DNA from: Candidatus Poribacteria bacterium
GTDB lineage: Bacteria; Poribacteria; WGA-4E; JAJDTR01
DNA length: 64,000 bases
Assembly: GCA_965222225.1 (NCBI GenBank)
Contig: CBDCTK010000002.1
Span: forward strand, 2,400,001 to 2,464,000
Direction of reading: 5' to 3'
Part shown: positions 10,056 to 20,479 of the stretch, piece by piece
Numbering within the stretch: position 1 is the first letter of the stretch
Layout: each line of letters begins with the position of its first letter
Translations under genes and position numbers: made by a program
Notes under the pieces: generated by a model
Told to the model about the DNA's origin: nothing
The model's database searches: none
The model's input: only the letters and a program-made list of their open reading frames with translations

Positions 10056-10910
10056 ATGGACATTTTGAATCTTATGAAAGAGTTTCCAAATCAAGAATCT
10101 TGTCTCAGATTTATAGAGGAAAAACGTTGGAAGGACGGTGTTTGCTGTATCCACTGTGGCAGTGAAAAAGTTGGACGCAAGAACAGAAACGACATTACTA
10201 CTGGTTGGAATTGCTACGATTGTGAATCTAGCTTTTCGGCTACAGCAGGAACCATCTTCCATGGTACCAAGATACCTCTCCAGAAATGGTTTTTGGCTAT
10301 CTCAATCCTTTCCAATGCCAAGAAAAACATATCGAGTTGTCAGCTTGCTCGTGACTTGGACATGAATCAAAAGTCCGCTTGGTATATGGCAATGCGCCTC
10401 CGTGAGAAAATGAGTGATAGTGATGAATTGCTGAAAGGGATAGTTGAAGCAGACGAAACCTATGTCGGCGGCAAACCCAGAGCAAAATCTAAGAGAGGTA
10501 GAGGCACAAATAAATCTCCCGTCATCGGCGTAGTCGAGAGAGGCGGTCGGGTGGTTGCTAAATTCATGAAGGTTCTATCTGGTGAAAATATCAGAGAATT
10601 CATCCTTAGCAATGTCTCACCCGATGAGTCTATTCTTATGACTGATGAATTTCGCTCTTACAATAGTCTGGACGAAGATATCGAAAGACATGTTATCCAT
10701 CACCAAGAGAGATATGTTTCTGAGGACGGCGTAACTCACACCAATACCATCGAGTCGGTTTGGGCTTGTGTCAAGAGGTCATTCTACGGAACGCATCATC
10801 ACTACAGCAAGAAGTGGCTGCCACTGTATATCATGGAGTCTTGCTGGAAATATAATCGCAGAAAAGATGATGAGATTTTCATAAGATTTTTTGATGAATG
10901 CTTCACCTGA
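10056..10910 (+). CDS. IS1595-family (ISXO2-like) transposase
   Basis: Zn ribbon CIHC...CYDC, GTIFHGTKIPLQKW, VEADETYVGG, LMTDEFRSY, HTNTIESVW. Confidence 0.95.
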   Translation: MDILNLMKEFPNQESCLRFIEEKRWKDGVCCIHCGSEKVGRKNRNDITTGWNCYDCESSFSATAGTIFHGTKIPLQKWFLAISILSNAKKNISSCQLARDLDMNQKSAWYMAMRLREKMSDSDELLKGIVEADETYVGGKPRAKSKRGRGTNKSPVIGVVERGGRVVAKFMKVLSGENIREFILSNVSPDESILMTDEFRSYNSLDEDIERHVIHHQERYVSEDGVTHTNTIESVWACVKRSFYGTHHHYSKKWLPLYIMESCWKYNRRKDDEIFIRFFDECFT

Positions 10911-10928
10911 GCCACATGAATTGTTTGG

Positions 10929-11051
10929 CTATCGGTATATTCTGTCAACGACAACATCATGGTATGATGTAAATCCCATAGTGTTGGAAATTAAAATCCC
11001 GCAGATAACCCGCAATGCTCCCGCGAGCATGTACAAACGCTTGGTCAACAT
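10929..11051 (-). CDS. 40-aa hydrophobic passenger ORF inside the IS
   Basis: MLTKRLYMLAGALRVICGILISNTMGFTSYHDVVVDRIYR with GGAGG 6 nt upstream. Confidence 0.4.
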   Translation of the reverse strand: MLTKRLYMLAGALRVICGILISNTMGFTSYHDVVVDRIYR

Positions 11052-11238
11052 GATATGCCTCCATTTCTCTCTTATAGAGATGTATTTTAGTGTGAATCAA
11101 GATTCCGAACACTGTCTAAAGTTATTGTACATTAAGAAAAGAAAAGCAAGCAAATCAACCAAAAAGCAGTTAACTACTAAGTCCCTTTTATAATAAGGTG
11201 AGGGGGTCAAGTAATGCGTGATGCGTAAAATCGGTTAC

Positions 11239-11346
11239 GATCAAGCGAACGATCAACTGAGTGGATAGCGAAGGCGATAGTAAATCCCACAGTGAGTGCG
11301 ATAGAGCTCCCATAGTAAATCCTGCTCGCCAATCGCTCACTTGATT
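11239..11346 (+). mobile_element. Cluster of nested GATCAA...ATCCC micro-elements
   Basis: Inner copy 11251-11288 in outer copy 11239-11311, then a tail fragment (11312-11322) and an inverted partial copy (11323-11346). Confidence 0.7.
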
Positions 11347-11388
11347 GTTATTCCCCACAACTCGACTTCTGATACCAATCGCACACCT

Positions 11389-12768
11389 CTATTTGGGGTT
11401 GAAGGATTCGGCTTTGGCGCGCAACCGCTTCAAGTCGTCCGCGTATGTCTCATCATCAATCAAATTGTGGTTCTCGTCGGGATCGGCTGCCAAATCAAAG
11501 AGTTGCTCGGGCCAACCTTTATCCTCAAAACGGAAATATTTCAGATTGTCGTGCCTGACCATCACCGAAGGTCCGTGTTGATGCGTATGGAGTTCGGAAT
11601 ACGCCTCATTGTGCCAGCTATCCGTCCGCCCCTCCATGAGCGGAACGAGAGAGCGCCCGTCCAACCCCTCCGGGGCGGGCACATTCGCTAGATCGCAGAG
11701 AGTCGGGAAGAGATCTACCAGCGAGACATTCTGTTGAACGATTTGCCCGGGTGGAACGGAATTCCATCTTTCAGCGGCGATTGAAGATCCCTCCGGACAC
11801 GAGAGGAAGAACGGCACGCGCGCCGATGCCTCGAAGTACTGCTGTTTCTCCCACAGCCCCTTTTGTCCCAACATCTCCCCGTGATCGCTCATAAAAGCGA
11901 CGATAAAGTCGTCAAGCACGTTCAACTCCTCAAGCCTCGAGATGACGCGGGCGTACTGCATATCCACCCACTCAATCATGCCGTAGTACGCCGCTGTCGC
12001 CCGATGCGCTTCGCGATAGGTGACATCCTCCCCAATCTTCACCTTGAAGAAATCGTGGCAAGCGAACTTTTCGGGCAAATCCTCAACGTAGGGCTCCACG
12101 CGGCGCATGTAGTAGTTGAATAGGTCTTCGGGGCACTGGTACGGATAGTGCGGACACCACAAGCTGACGGCGAGCAGCAACGGACGGTTGCCCGGTCTGT
12201 CATACGCCTCGTTGACAAAGTATTCCTCAAGGAACATCAAAGCGCCGTCGACGCAATACTTGTCGTGCGACATCCAGTAGCCCTTGCCGACGCGGGCGTT
12301 CGTAACCTCCTTGGCGGACGACCATTTGCCGGTGCCAGGTTCGGTGACGGTCTCGGCGCTGTGCTCGCGATCCTTCGCCGATTCATAGCCGTTCCGTCCC
12401 CGGATGTCTCTGCCGATGCGCTCGTGCCAGCCGTGCATCTGATCGGGACCCGGAAAGTGCATCTTGCCCGCGCCGACCGCTTGATAGCCGTAGCGCGAGA
12501 GGTGTCCGGGGATGGTGACCACTTCGCTCGGCATTTCGTTATTGTTTTCGAGGGCGCCGGTGTTGTGGGGGTACAGACCGGAAAGAAAACTTTGACGCGC
12601 CGGCACGCAGATCGGCGACGGGGTGTAGGCGTTGCGGAAGTATGTGCCTTGGTTGATAAACCGATCGAGGGTGGGCGTGCGAATGTGCGGATTCCCTTCA
12701 ATCGGCATAACATCGGGGCGATGTTCATCGTTGATAAGCAGCAGGATATGGGGCTTTTTTTCGGGCAT
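11389..12768 (-). CDS. Formylglycine-dependent sulfatase (choline-sulfatase-like)
   Basis: DEHR, SPICVPARQS (CxPxR), GKMHF, SDHGEMLG, LFDLAADPDE. Confidence 0.93.
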   Translation of the reverse strand: MPEKKPHILLLINDEHRPDVMPIEGNPHIRTPTLDRFINQGTYFRNAYTPSPICVPARQSFLSGLYPHNTGALENNNEMPSEVVTIPGHLSRYGYQAVGAGKMHFPGPDQMHGWHERIGRDIRGRNGYESAKDREHSAETVTEPGTGKWSSAKEVTNARVGKGYWMSHDKYCVDGALMFLEEYFVNEAYDRPGNRPLLLAVSLWCPHYPYQCPEDLFNYYMRRVEPYVEDLPEKFACHDFFKVKIGEDVTYREAHRATAAYYGMIEWVDMQYARVISRLEELNVLDDFIVAFMSDHGEMLGQKGLWEKQQYFEASARVPFFLSCPEGSSIAAERWNSVPPGQIVQQNVSLVDLFPTLCDLANVPAPEGLDGRSLVPLMEGRTDSWHNEAYSELHTHQHGPSVMVRHDNLKYFRFEDKGWPEQLFDLAADPDENHNLIDDETYADDLKRLRAKAESFNPK

Positions 12769-12843
12769 GATTTGTCCTTTGAGAAACGGCGGTCAATGGC
12801 AGAAGAGCAGATTTTGCAAATGGTACTACATTTAGAATAGAAG

Positions 12844-12874
12844 GAACCGAGTTTTGAGGAAAAAACTCGGTTTC
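12844..12874. repeat. Palindromic repeat GAAACCGAGTTTT-N-AAAACTCGGTTTC
   Basis: Copies at 12844-12874, 21986-22017 and 36258-36288, all intergenic. Confidence 0.8.
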
Positions 12875-13001
12875 ATTGCACGGTATGGCAACGGTGGAAC
12901 TTTAATCGTACCTACTATCGGTTTTGGCGAGGTTACGTTGGTTACGGCCTCCGGTTTAAGAATGCAATTCTGCGTTACCTAAGTGCCTGTTTTCCAGTTC
13001 A

Positions 13002-13209
13002 TTAGTCTTCACCCAAACTATCTGCCATATCGACCAAGTCTTGGGCCTCAGAACCTACGGACTCCAACGCATCTCTTAACAATTCCTGAGCACACTCGTT
13101 AAGAGCGTTATCGAATTCGTTTCTTGCGGCGCGGCAAGTCTTCAATAGGGATTCTACTGCTTCAATTACTCTATCTAACTAAATTGGCGGAAGCAGCTTC
13201 TCGATCCAT
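13002..13209 (-). pseudogene. Small acidic helical protein (67 aa) frameshifted by a 4-bp duplication
   Basis: AAGGAGG RBS; MDREAASANL, then TTAG-TTAG; removing 4 nt gives DRVIEAVESLLKTCRAARNEF...ADSLGED and a stop. Confidence 0.6.
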
Positions 13210-13257
13210 CACAGTGTATCGCCTCCTTTCATTGGCTTAGATGTTAGGGTTTCGTCG

Positions 13258-14115
13258 TTAGGAGACATCCCGAAGTTGAAATGAGAATTTGTTTTTGCTG
13301 TACCCACCATGATGGTGCGCAAAATATACCGCAAACGTTCTTATCTGGTCTGCATTCAATTCCATCTTATCATTTGGATTTGAACATTTCAGTGTTTGGC
13401 ACAATCTGGCCAACAGCCCTTTCCAACTAGATACTTCATATCGTTTCTCTCCAAGTTTGAACGCTACGGGCTTTGTAAATGTCACGGAACGCTCGTCCGA
13501 ACCTTTCATCCAAAAGGTGTCTTTTTTAATGGATTTTCTCTCAGCGTTATCTGCTGTGGGAAGAAACGCTGCCTTTAGCTGTTTTTCAACTGTGTCATGA
13601 TTCTTAAGGTTCTTCTGTTTGACGCTCGTAGACTGTGCCCACGACATCGTGTCCTTGTCCCAGTATACACGAATAGTCACATCAAGGTTCTCTGGCACAC
13701 TGAACTGTCTCTCTGACATCCGGCTTACGATATTCTTCGCGGATTCTTCAGCCAATGATTGCGCTGAGTGTATGGCATTTTGCATCGCCTCGCGGAGCCG
13801 CTCTTCTTCTGCGAGCCGTTGCAACGCATCAAACACAGTTTCACCCTCATTGAGATTTATGTTTGACGTGCCGCTTTTTTCGAATAGCGATGCCAACGTT
13901 TGTAACTGATCTCGATTCAAATTTCCTGGGTTAATCTCAAGCCCTTCCGAGCCAGCCGCATGACAATGGTGTTTAGGCCACGGAGTCCCCAACCTATCGA
14001 ATAAAACTGCCGACTCGCAATCGCACTGAAAGACATAAATCGTGTTGTCACAATGACGACACGTCGTTCTGTAAGTTCTGGCGTTGCACGAGGGGCCATG
14101 GGGTGCGGGTATCAT
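13258..14115 (-). CDS. Hypothetical protein with N-terminal Cys/His metal-binding motif
   Basis: AAGGAGG RBS; CRHC...CDC...PWPKHHC; C-terminal KPVAFKLGEKRYEVSSWKGLL. Confidence 0.75.
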   Translation of the reverse strand: MIPAPHGPSCNARTYRTTCRHCDNTIYVFQCDCESAVLFDRLGTPWPKHHCHAAGSEGLEINPGNLNRDQLQTLASLFEKSGTSNINLNEGETVFDALQRLAEEERLREAMQNAIHSAQSLAEESAKNIVSRMSERQFSVPENLDVTIRVYWDKDTMSWAQSTSVKQKNLKNHDTVEKQLKAAFLPTADNAERKSIKKDTFWMKGSDERSVTFTKPVAFKLGEKRYEVSSWKGLLARLCQTLKCSNPNDKMELNADQIRTFAVYFAHHHGGYSKNKFSFQLRDVS

Positions 14116-14782
14116 TGAATTACCTCCTTAAAGGAACAGCCTAGTGAGTAGATTGGGGCGTTCTGGGAGATCTTAGTCATTGCTTCTTGTTCACGGTCAT
14201 ACTACACGCTCAATGCGAATTGGTGCCATATGCAGTCGCAGTTTGTGGGATTAGCGTCACCGTTTTTCAACGTGTTGGAGTAGAACTAGCGCTGTTTCCT
14301 AGGATTGGCAACCGTGCGCCCCTGTGCCGAACGTGATGTCGGCATGATAGCAGATTGGGAGTGTCCAATCAAGAGCAAAGTGAGGCGCAGTGTTTCAGGA
14401 TCTCGGAGAGGGGTTGGTTGAAGGCGTGCGTCGGAATGAGGGGTATTGGCAGGCAAGGAGTGACGCTAAGTATATGAATAAGACGAGAGGGATGACTGCG
14501 ATTATGGCGATGACTACGGTAAATTCCAATCGGGTGGTTTCATCGTTAAGACCTTGTTAGCGCTTATCGACAACTTCGTCTCCGGACTTTGGACGGTGAT
14601 TGTCGTTAAGAGGCTGGCGGTTACCGTGCCGATGAACATGATGGCAATGTCGACGGTGGTGTAGCAGTATTTTTGGGGAAGGGCATGGAGTGGTCTCCTT
14701 ATGGCGCTTTCCTCCCTCCCTTGAGAGATTTCAATTCTTCTCGAATTGCTCTGAGTTCGCTATTGTAATTACCCCGAAAGAT

Positions 14783-15136
14783 TCAGTTGGCTTGGGACTG
14801 GAGCGCCGAGACCGCTTCATTTTCACTCTCGAAATGTTCAAAAGTGTTAATTAGGCGACTTCTAACAATGAGGCTTTTGATGTGTTTACTGACGTTAATG
14901 ACGGCAATTCGCCCTCCTTTCTTTGTGACTGATATATGGGCTTCCATTAAGGCTCCAAGCGACGAACTATCTACCAATGAAACGTCGGCAAAATCGATGA
15001 GAAATTTTGGTCCCTCCTCGCTGTCGGATAGAAAGTTATAGATTTTTCGTCTGAGTTCAGCAGAAGCGCTTCCAATCAACTTGCCATTGGGTTTCACATA
15101 GATGATGTCGTTTCTTTTATAAATGTCGATTTCCAT
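14783..15136 (-). CDS. STAS-domain anti-sigma factor antagonist
   Basis: LIDFADVSLVDSSSLGAL motif; GGAGG RBS. Confidence 0.92.
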   Translation of the reverse strand: MEIDIYKRNDIIYVKPNGKLIGSASAELRRKIYNFLSDSEEGPKFLIDFADVSLVDSSSLGALMEAHISVTKKGGRIAVINVSKHIKSLIVRSRLINTFEHFESENEAVSALQSQAN

Positions 15137-15316
15137 TTTCGGCCTCCCGGTAGATTTCTCGGGTGAAGAACGTGTAAGTGTGTGGAGATTAGAGGTCGGT
15201 AAAAAATCGTCCAGTCATAGAGCGAACGATGAAGAAGCGTCCAGCCGCGATGTAATGATCTGAACCCCTTATACAACTTCCCGAAAATGTAAGTGCATAA
15301 ATCGCGTGAATTAAAG

Positions 15317-15340
15317 TCGCAATTCGGAGATCGCTCCTAC
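15317..15340 (-). repeat. REP family GTAGGAGCGATCTCCGAATCGCGAC
   Basis: Related copies near 15317, 17185, 35385 and 48676 (the last interrupted by a micro-element). Confidence 0.7.
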
Positions 15341-15455
15341 AATCCTCCGGATGCTTCACTGCGCAAGTCCTAAGTTGATTTCATTTTCCACACTTAACTC
15401 TGAAGAGTCTAATCTGTTTGCGCTGTCGGACTAGATCTATGCTTTGCAAATATTC

Positions 15456-17060
15456 CTACTCATCAGCATATCCGAACTGGAAGGCGTAGAGGCTTGCCTG
15501 ATGCAGATGGAAAACGACGCGCACCGGCTTATTCCACAACGACCGGACATCGCTGCTGCCGTTCCACCGAACCGTGTGCCAGATCTGCGCGGGGTCGTCG
15601 GAATACACCGGATCGCAATCTTCCGCTGAGAAGCCCTCATACGGCTTGAATTGCGGGTCGAGCACCTCAACCCTGATGTATCCGCCGTAGGCTTCGGCGT
15701 TGAGTCTGAGCGTGTCCCCCTCGAATACGAACTGCCGCGTGGTTGCCTTTCCCTGTTCGTAGGACGGTTTCAGCTCTGCCCAGCCATCCTCTCGCAGGAA
15801 CAGGATGCCGACGGAGCAGGCGTTCATCCTAGGATAGGTTCCCAGCGCGTCGACGAGCTCCCCCCGATTCGCACTCGCTTGTCGATAATTCTCCTCCGGC
15901 GCCATCGTGTTATTGGGACGCTGTTTCTCGGGGCGCGCGCCGTAGACGATGAAAGTCTTGCCGTCGTGAACGAGTTGACCGGCTACGCTATCGTTCAGGA
16001 AGCCGTAATCGTAGCTGCCGGGCCTGCCTCTGTCCGCCCAAGGTCCATCGTCGCCCGCACGACGCCAGTGTTTCCCGTCTCGGCTGGCGTAAAGCGAGAG
16101 GTGGGCGTAGGCGTGGTCGTGCCAATTCCAGTCTCCGGGGGCGCACAGGATAGGCTCCGCCATGAACTCCGTCGCAACCCCGATGTATTGACCGCCGACC
16201 TTGCGCACCGACATGTCGTGAAACTCAAGGTGCGGGGGGAGGTTCGGCTCCCAATCCACGGAGAGCACCACCTCTTTCGGCGACCAGTGCATGAAGTCCG
16301 GGCTTTCCTGCCGTCCAATTTGGCGTTTGCGGTGCAGCATGTTCCAGTGGTGGGAATACTGGCTGTAGGATATCCATTTCTGAATGGACTCGTCCCAGAT
16401 AGGGCGCTGGTAGTGGTGATGTTGGTAGGGCGTGTTCTCGTTGACCGTCGTCCATTGCAGACCGTCGGCAGAGACGCGAAATACGGTTTTCTTTTCAGGT
16501 CCCCTGCTCACGTCCCCCGGATTGTTTATCATGAGGAACTTGCGTTCCTTGTCGCTCTGGTCGTAATTCAGCGCCAACGCGACGTGGTGACCGGAGTTGT
16601 CGAGGACGATATTCGTGGCTTTGTGATCCTCGAAAGGGAGGCACTTTTCGCTGAGCGGCTTTTCCCAATGCAGGGGGTCGTCCGCCTCCGCATAGCATAG
16701 CGCTCGGGTGCGATCCTTCACGTACCAGAGTTTGAACTTGTTGTCGTCGGGGTCTTGCACCGCCGACACCGGAAAAATGCCGCCGCGCAACTCCCACGGG
16801 AGTTCCATTGTCTTGATGATGGGTTCGTCGGGACGGTCGGGTTTGGAAAAGACGCGGGTCACACCGTCAAGCCGATCGAGGATGTGGTTGTCGAGGAACA
16901 GTTGCTTTTCCGTGCCGATGTGCAGGAAGGGCACTTTGTAATCGGGCGGTATGTAGGGATACAGAACATCGACGGGGCGCTTCCCGCTTACGATGTCTTC
17001 GGTCTTGCGTTGGATGTCGAGTTGTTCGGTGGGGCTTTTTCGTTCGGGTTTTTCAATCAT
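15456..17060 (-). CDS. Glycoside-hydrolase-like beta-propeller hypothetical protein
   Basis: KQLFLD, SADGLQW, SPDFMHWS, SRDGKHW Asp-box-like motifs; C-terminal LREDGW...LYAFQF; paralogue of 28370-29869. Confidence 0.75.
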   Translation of the reverse strand: MIEKPERKSPTEQLDIQRKTEDIVSGKRPVDVLYPYIPPDYKVPFLHIGTEKQLFLDNHILDRLDGVTRVFSKPDRPDEPIIKTMELPWELRGGIFPVSAVQDPDDNKFKLWYVKDRTRALCYAEADDPLHWEKPLSEKCLPFEDHKATNIVLDNSGHHVALALNYDQSDKERKFLMINNPGDVSRGPEKKTVFRVSADGLQWTTVNENTPYQHHHYQRPIWDESIQKWISYSQYSHHWNMLHRKRQIGRQESPDFMHWSPKEVVLSVDWEPNLPPHLEFHDMSVRKVGGQYIGVATEFMAEPILCAPGDWNWHDHAYAHLSLYASRDGKHWRRAGDDGPWADRGRPGSYDYGFLNDSVAGQLVHDGKTFIVYGARPEKQRPNNTMAPEENYRQASANRGELVDALGTYPRMNACSVGILFLREDGWAELKPSYEQGKATTRQFVFEGDTLRLNAEAYGGYIRVEVLDPQFKPYEGFSAEDCDPVYSDDPAQIWHTVRWNGSSDVRSLWNKPVRVVFHLHQASLYAFQFGYADE

Positions 17061-17227
17061 AAATTGTCCTTCCTAGTATTATGTCCCTCAGAGTTACAAG
17101 GGGAGTGCCTCATCGTGATTTTATCGTCATCTGCTATACACCTGTCGCCCCTCTGGGGCTATTAGAAATTGGGCAATCAACAGGTCGCGATTCGGAGATC
17201 GCTCCTACAGAAGTAACACAATAAATC

Positions 17228-17308
17228 AATCTCTATCGTGGTCGCTGTGGGATCTACTATCGCCTTCCCTAATCAGGCAGTTGGTCTCCTTTGATCGGTC
17301 AGTTGCTC
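17228..17308 (-). mobile_element. Multiply nested GATCAA...ATCCC micro-elements
   Basis: Inner copy 17249-17286, outer copy 17228-17296, start of a third copy 17297-17308. Confidence 0.65.
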
Positions 17309-17547
17309 CTTCGCCAACCACTTAGATTATCACGTTGGGTTTCACTAGGTTTCCGAGATTTCAACCGACATCAAACCTCGAAAACCAAGTGGAATATTTT
17401 GTGTTTTCGGTTGATGCCGTTCAACCCAACCTACGTGCTGAAGGAGCGATTTCTGGATCACGATAAGTCGGGAATCGGAATTCCCTCCTACAGGCGACAC
17501 ACGTAGAGCGTATATTCCACGTACGTTCTTCGGAGAATGCGCTCAGA

Positions 17548-18378
17548 CTATAAACCGCTTTTCAATTTCGCCCACGTCGTCGAGAGCTTGCCTCCCGGCT
17601 CGACAGCTAGGAACACGCCACGCGCGTTGCTCATAACCTCGACGGGGGTCAGCGCCTTGTCGTAAACACGGACGATAGAGAACGACCCGTTGAAGGTGCG
17701 GCGCCGTTCATCAAAGGAATTCGCGCCGATGGAAATGTCGTTTAGCGGCAGTCGGTTGTCGAAATCCACGCCGGGTCCCTTAGCGACTTCCTTTCCGTCT
17801 TGCTAGGCTACAATCGATTTCTTGTCCGTGCCGACAATGGTCACCCACGTCCACACGTCCTGCTCCAAAGCAACCTTCAGCGCTTGTCCGGTTTTGGTGC
17901 CCTTGGCATGGATGGACATATCAAGATTCCCGTCGCCTCCCAACAGCCAAAGGCGGAGTCCCTGCCGTCCCTCCCTTGGACTGTTCTGAAAACCGGCGAA
18001 GTGATGTTCCTCAACAAAAAGTCCGCCGTTGCGTTTACAGAGGAACTCGATAGTCCAATCCTCAACAAACAACTTAGGATTCCTCGTCACCGGTCCGCCA
18101 AAGGTCTCCTTCGATTTCCTTGCCGTGTAATACATCGCTTTTTGCTCGTCAATCCCAAGCGCAGGGATTCTGATTTTTCCCTCTTCAAGCTTTGGAGCCT
18201 GGTCGGCGACGAGTAGTGATCCACCAGCCTCGCCAAGGTTTTTCCAAGCCTTCGGATAATCGGGGTTGTCCGAGGCATCAAGGTAGAGCAGGGCGCCGGG
18301 GATGGCGTCGGCAAGCGCGACGGTGCAAGCGCTCGCCAAGAAAAACAGTATTGTCAAGGTCAAAGCAACTTTTTTCAT
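17548..18378 (-). pseudogene. Exported LamG/concanavalin-like protein with TTW tail; in-frame TAG
   Basis: Close paralogue of 20480-21313; TAG at 17803-17805 where the paralogue has TAT (Tyr); frame continues to AVEPGGKLSTTWAKLKSGL. Confidence 0.88.
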
Positions 18379-18499
18379 TTTGGTATCTCCCCTTAGGTTT
18401 ATGGGTACTTTAAGGGTATTTCTACCAATTTGGTAGATTCAGTTTGAAACTGCGCTGTCTGCAAACAGCCACTGCAAATTAGGCGGTAAACTTCTCACT

Positions 18500-20404
18500 T
18501 CATTCACTCAGATAATTACGAAACCAACGTAACTTCCGTTCGAGGCGGTCTTTGTACCCGCGTTTATTTTGGAATAGGTCGTGCCCTTCGTCTTTGTACA
18601 GGACATACTCAACCGTTTTGCCGGCACCCGCAAGGCGGTTTGCGTACATTTGAGCCTCGATGGGCTCATCATGCTCCCCCTGAAAGAGTAAGACGGGGGT
18701 TTCAACCTGTTCAACGTAGCAGATACCGCTCGTCAAAAACCAATCTGGGATGTCTAGAGTGGCTTTCCATTTGTCATCCTCACGGACGGCGTTCCGTCCT
18801 ACATGAAAACCAAGCTCGAACAGATCCGTGTAGCCGTAGCTTCCTCCAGAAAGCACGGCTGCCCGGAATCGATTTGTCTGCCCGATAATGTAGGCACCGA
18901 GAACTGCGCCGTAACCGTGACCACTAAGCACAATCCTTGACGGATCGCATTTCCCGCTTGGGGCAAGCCACTCAATGCCGCTCATGACATCTCTGTAGTT
19001 CATGTCTTCAGTGGGTGGCTTAACATATCGATACTGCTGGCTACCGCGAAAGTCCGGCGCAAAGATTTGAAAGCCCTGTGTGGTCAACCAATTCCACTCG
19101 AGATCGCTAATCGCCTGGGCTGCCCCGACGGGACCGCCATGTAGAAAAACGATGGTTGGACGTTCCAGGCTCATTGGCTGACCGCAGGGGGAAACAACCA
19201 CGCCTTCTAGGACCAAGCCATCATACGATTGCCACTCGACAACTTCCGACATCGGTAGTTGGTATTCATCAAGTTCGTCTGAATAGTGAGTGACTGCCTT
19301 TGATTGCCCCGAATCGAGCGAGATCGCATAGACATCTCGAAGGTTATTTAGACCCTCCCAATGGATTAGAAGTGTTTTTCCGTCTTGACTAATACCCCCA
19401 AGATAGGTCCAACCAGTCCAGTCTACAACCTCTTCGGTACGTTTCGTAGCGGTATCGACACAGACCACCCGATGGCTCAATCCCTTGAGGCCGTTGAAGT
19501 ACAGTTTCCGGCTATCGTGACTCCAATATGCGACTTGGTCACACCAATATTCTTCGCTCAATATCTGTATCTGGTCTGAATCCTGCTCCATCATGGCGCA
19601 CACAAGCCGGACTTCAACCGGGTATGGCGAATACCCAAAAGCCAGTTTCTTCCCGTCAGGAGACCATTTCACCAACACCATCTCGCCAGCGCCGGGGCCA
19701 ACGCGACTCTTTGTCTTGCTGTCTCTGAGGTCAATATCAAAGAGATGATAATCGAAAACCCAATGTCCCGTTTCAACAGAGAACTTCTCGGTGATTTCGA
19801 CCTCAGTCGATGGACGGTCGGAAAGAACAGTCAGCCAGTCGCCGGACGGATGCCAAGCGACGCACTCGTAAGTTTCCTTGGGGTCTGACGATGCCTCAAA
19901 GGTGACGGCTCCTGTCGAAACTTCAAGAACCACAAGAGCATCGGCGCTCGTAGGGGACGACAAATTCACGGCCTCAATGCCTTCCGCGTCCTCATTTGAA
20001 CCGGAGCCTGTCTCTTCCGAATCCCGTTCGACAACCGCAGCCAAGGACTTTCCGTCAAAAGACCACTCAAGGGTATGACCGCCATACGTCCACTCTCCGG
20101 TTTTCACCGAGCCTATGCTCTCACCCAAATGCCGCTCGGCGCCATTCACGCGTCGAATGAAGACACCGGAGTGGTTTGATTTCAGATAAGCGAGCACATC
20201 GGGATCGGTAGGCGACCACCTAGGGCAATCTCCAACAAAAGAGGTCTCGAGGCACCATTTTTCCAGATTGAAAATGGTGATGTTTCCCCCATACCTGTAC
20301 GCTGCCCGCTTTGCATCCGGCGAGAGATGGCATCTACCGCGGGTAACCCCTGAAAACGGAAAGGATAGCACGTCATCAATAGTAAATGATTTGCGCATTC
20401 CCAA
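18500..20404 (-). CDS. S9 prolyl-oligopeptidase-fold protein lacking the nucleophile Ser
   Basis: Propeller WSPD repeats; FLHGGP, PDFRGS, GHGYGA in place of GxSYGG, QGEHD, EGH. Confidence 0.85.
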   Translation of the reverse strand: MGMRKSFTIDDVLSFPFSGVTRGRCHLSPDAKRAAYRYGGNITIFNLEKWCLETSFVGDCPRWSPTDPDVLAYLKSNHSGVFIRRVNGAERHLGESIGSVKTGEWTYGGHTLEWSFDGKSLAAVVERDSEETGSGSNEDAEGIEAVNLSSPTSADALVVLEVSTGAVTFEASSDPKETYECVAWHPSGDWLTVLSDRPSTEVEITEKFSVETGHWVFDYHLFDIDLRDSKTKSRVGPGAGEMVLVKWSPDGKKLAFGYSPYPVEVRLVCAMMEQDSDQIQILSEEYWCDQVAYWSHDSRKLYFNGLKGLSHRVVCVDTATKRTEEVVDWTGWTYLGGISQDGKTLLIHWEGLNNLRDVYAISLDSGQSKAVTHYSDELDEYQLPMSEVVEWQSYDGLVLEGVVVSPCGQPMSLERPTIVFLHGGPVGAAQAISDLEWNWLTTQGFQIFAPDFRGSQQYRYVKPPTEDMNYRDVMSGIEWLAPSGKCDPSRIVLSGHGYGAVLGAYIIGQTNRFRAAVLSGGSYGYTDLFELGFHVGRNAVREDDKWKATLDIPDWFLTSGICYVEQVETPVLLFQGEHDEPIEAQMYANRLAGAGKTVEYVLYKDEGHDLFQNKRGYKDRLERKLRWFRNYLSE

Positions 20405-20479
20405 ATTCTTTACAGTGTTGAACGCATAGGGTGACTAACTAGTGTGTTTGCTCGTGGAGAAAAGGTTTGTAAACTCCAA

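Larger units (their letters stand above)
9937..11185 (+). mobile_element. IS1595-family insertion sequence
   Basis: Imperfect terminal inverted repeats CGGAATTAGTAGCTTGTAGCTTTTAG and (revcomp) GGGACTTAGTAGTTAACTGCTTTTTG, 18 of 26 identical, around the transposase. No clear target duplication. Confidence 0.75.

Noticed and set aside
9929-11193. Target-site duplication for the IS1595
   Set aside because: The AT-rich flanks (AATTTTTT and TTTTATAA) do not match.
14380-14700. Possible small membrane protein on the minus strand after an AAGGAG RBS
   Set aside because: Several frameshifts are needed to join the hydrophobic pieces; too degraded to call.
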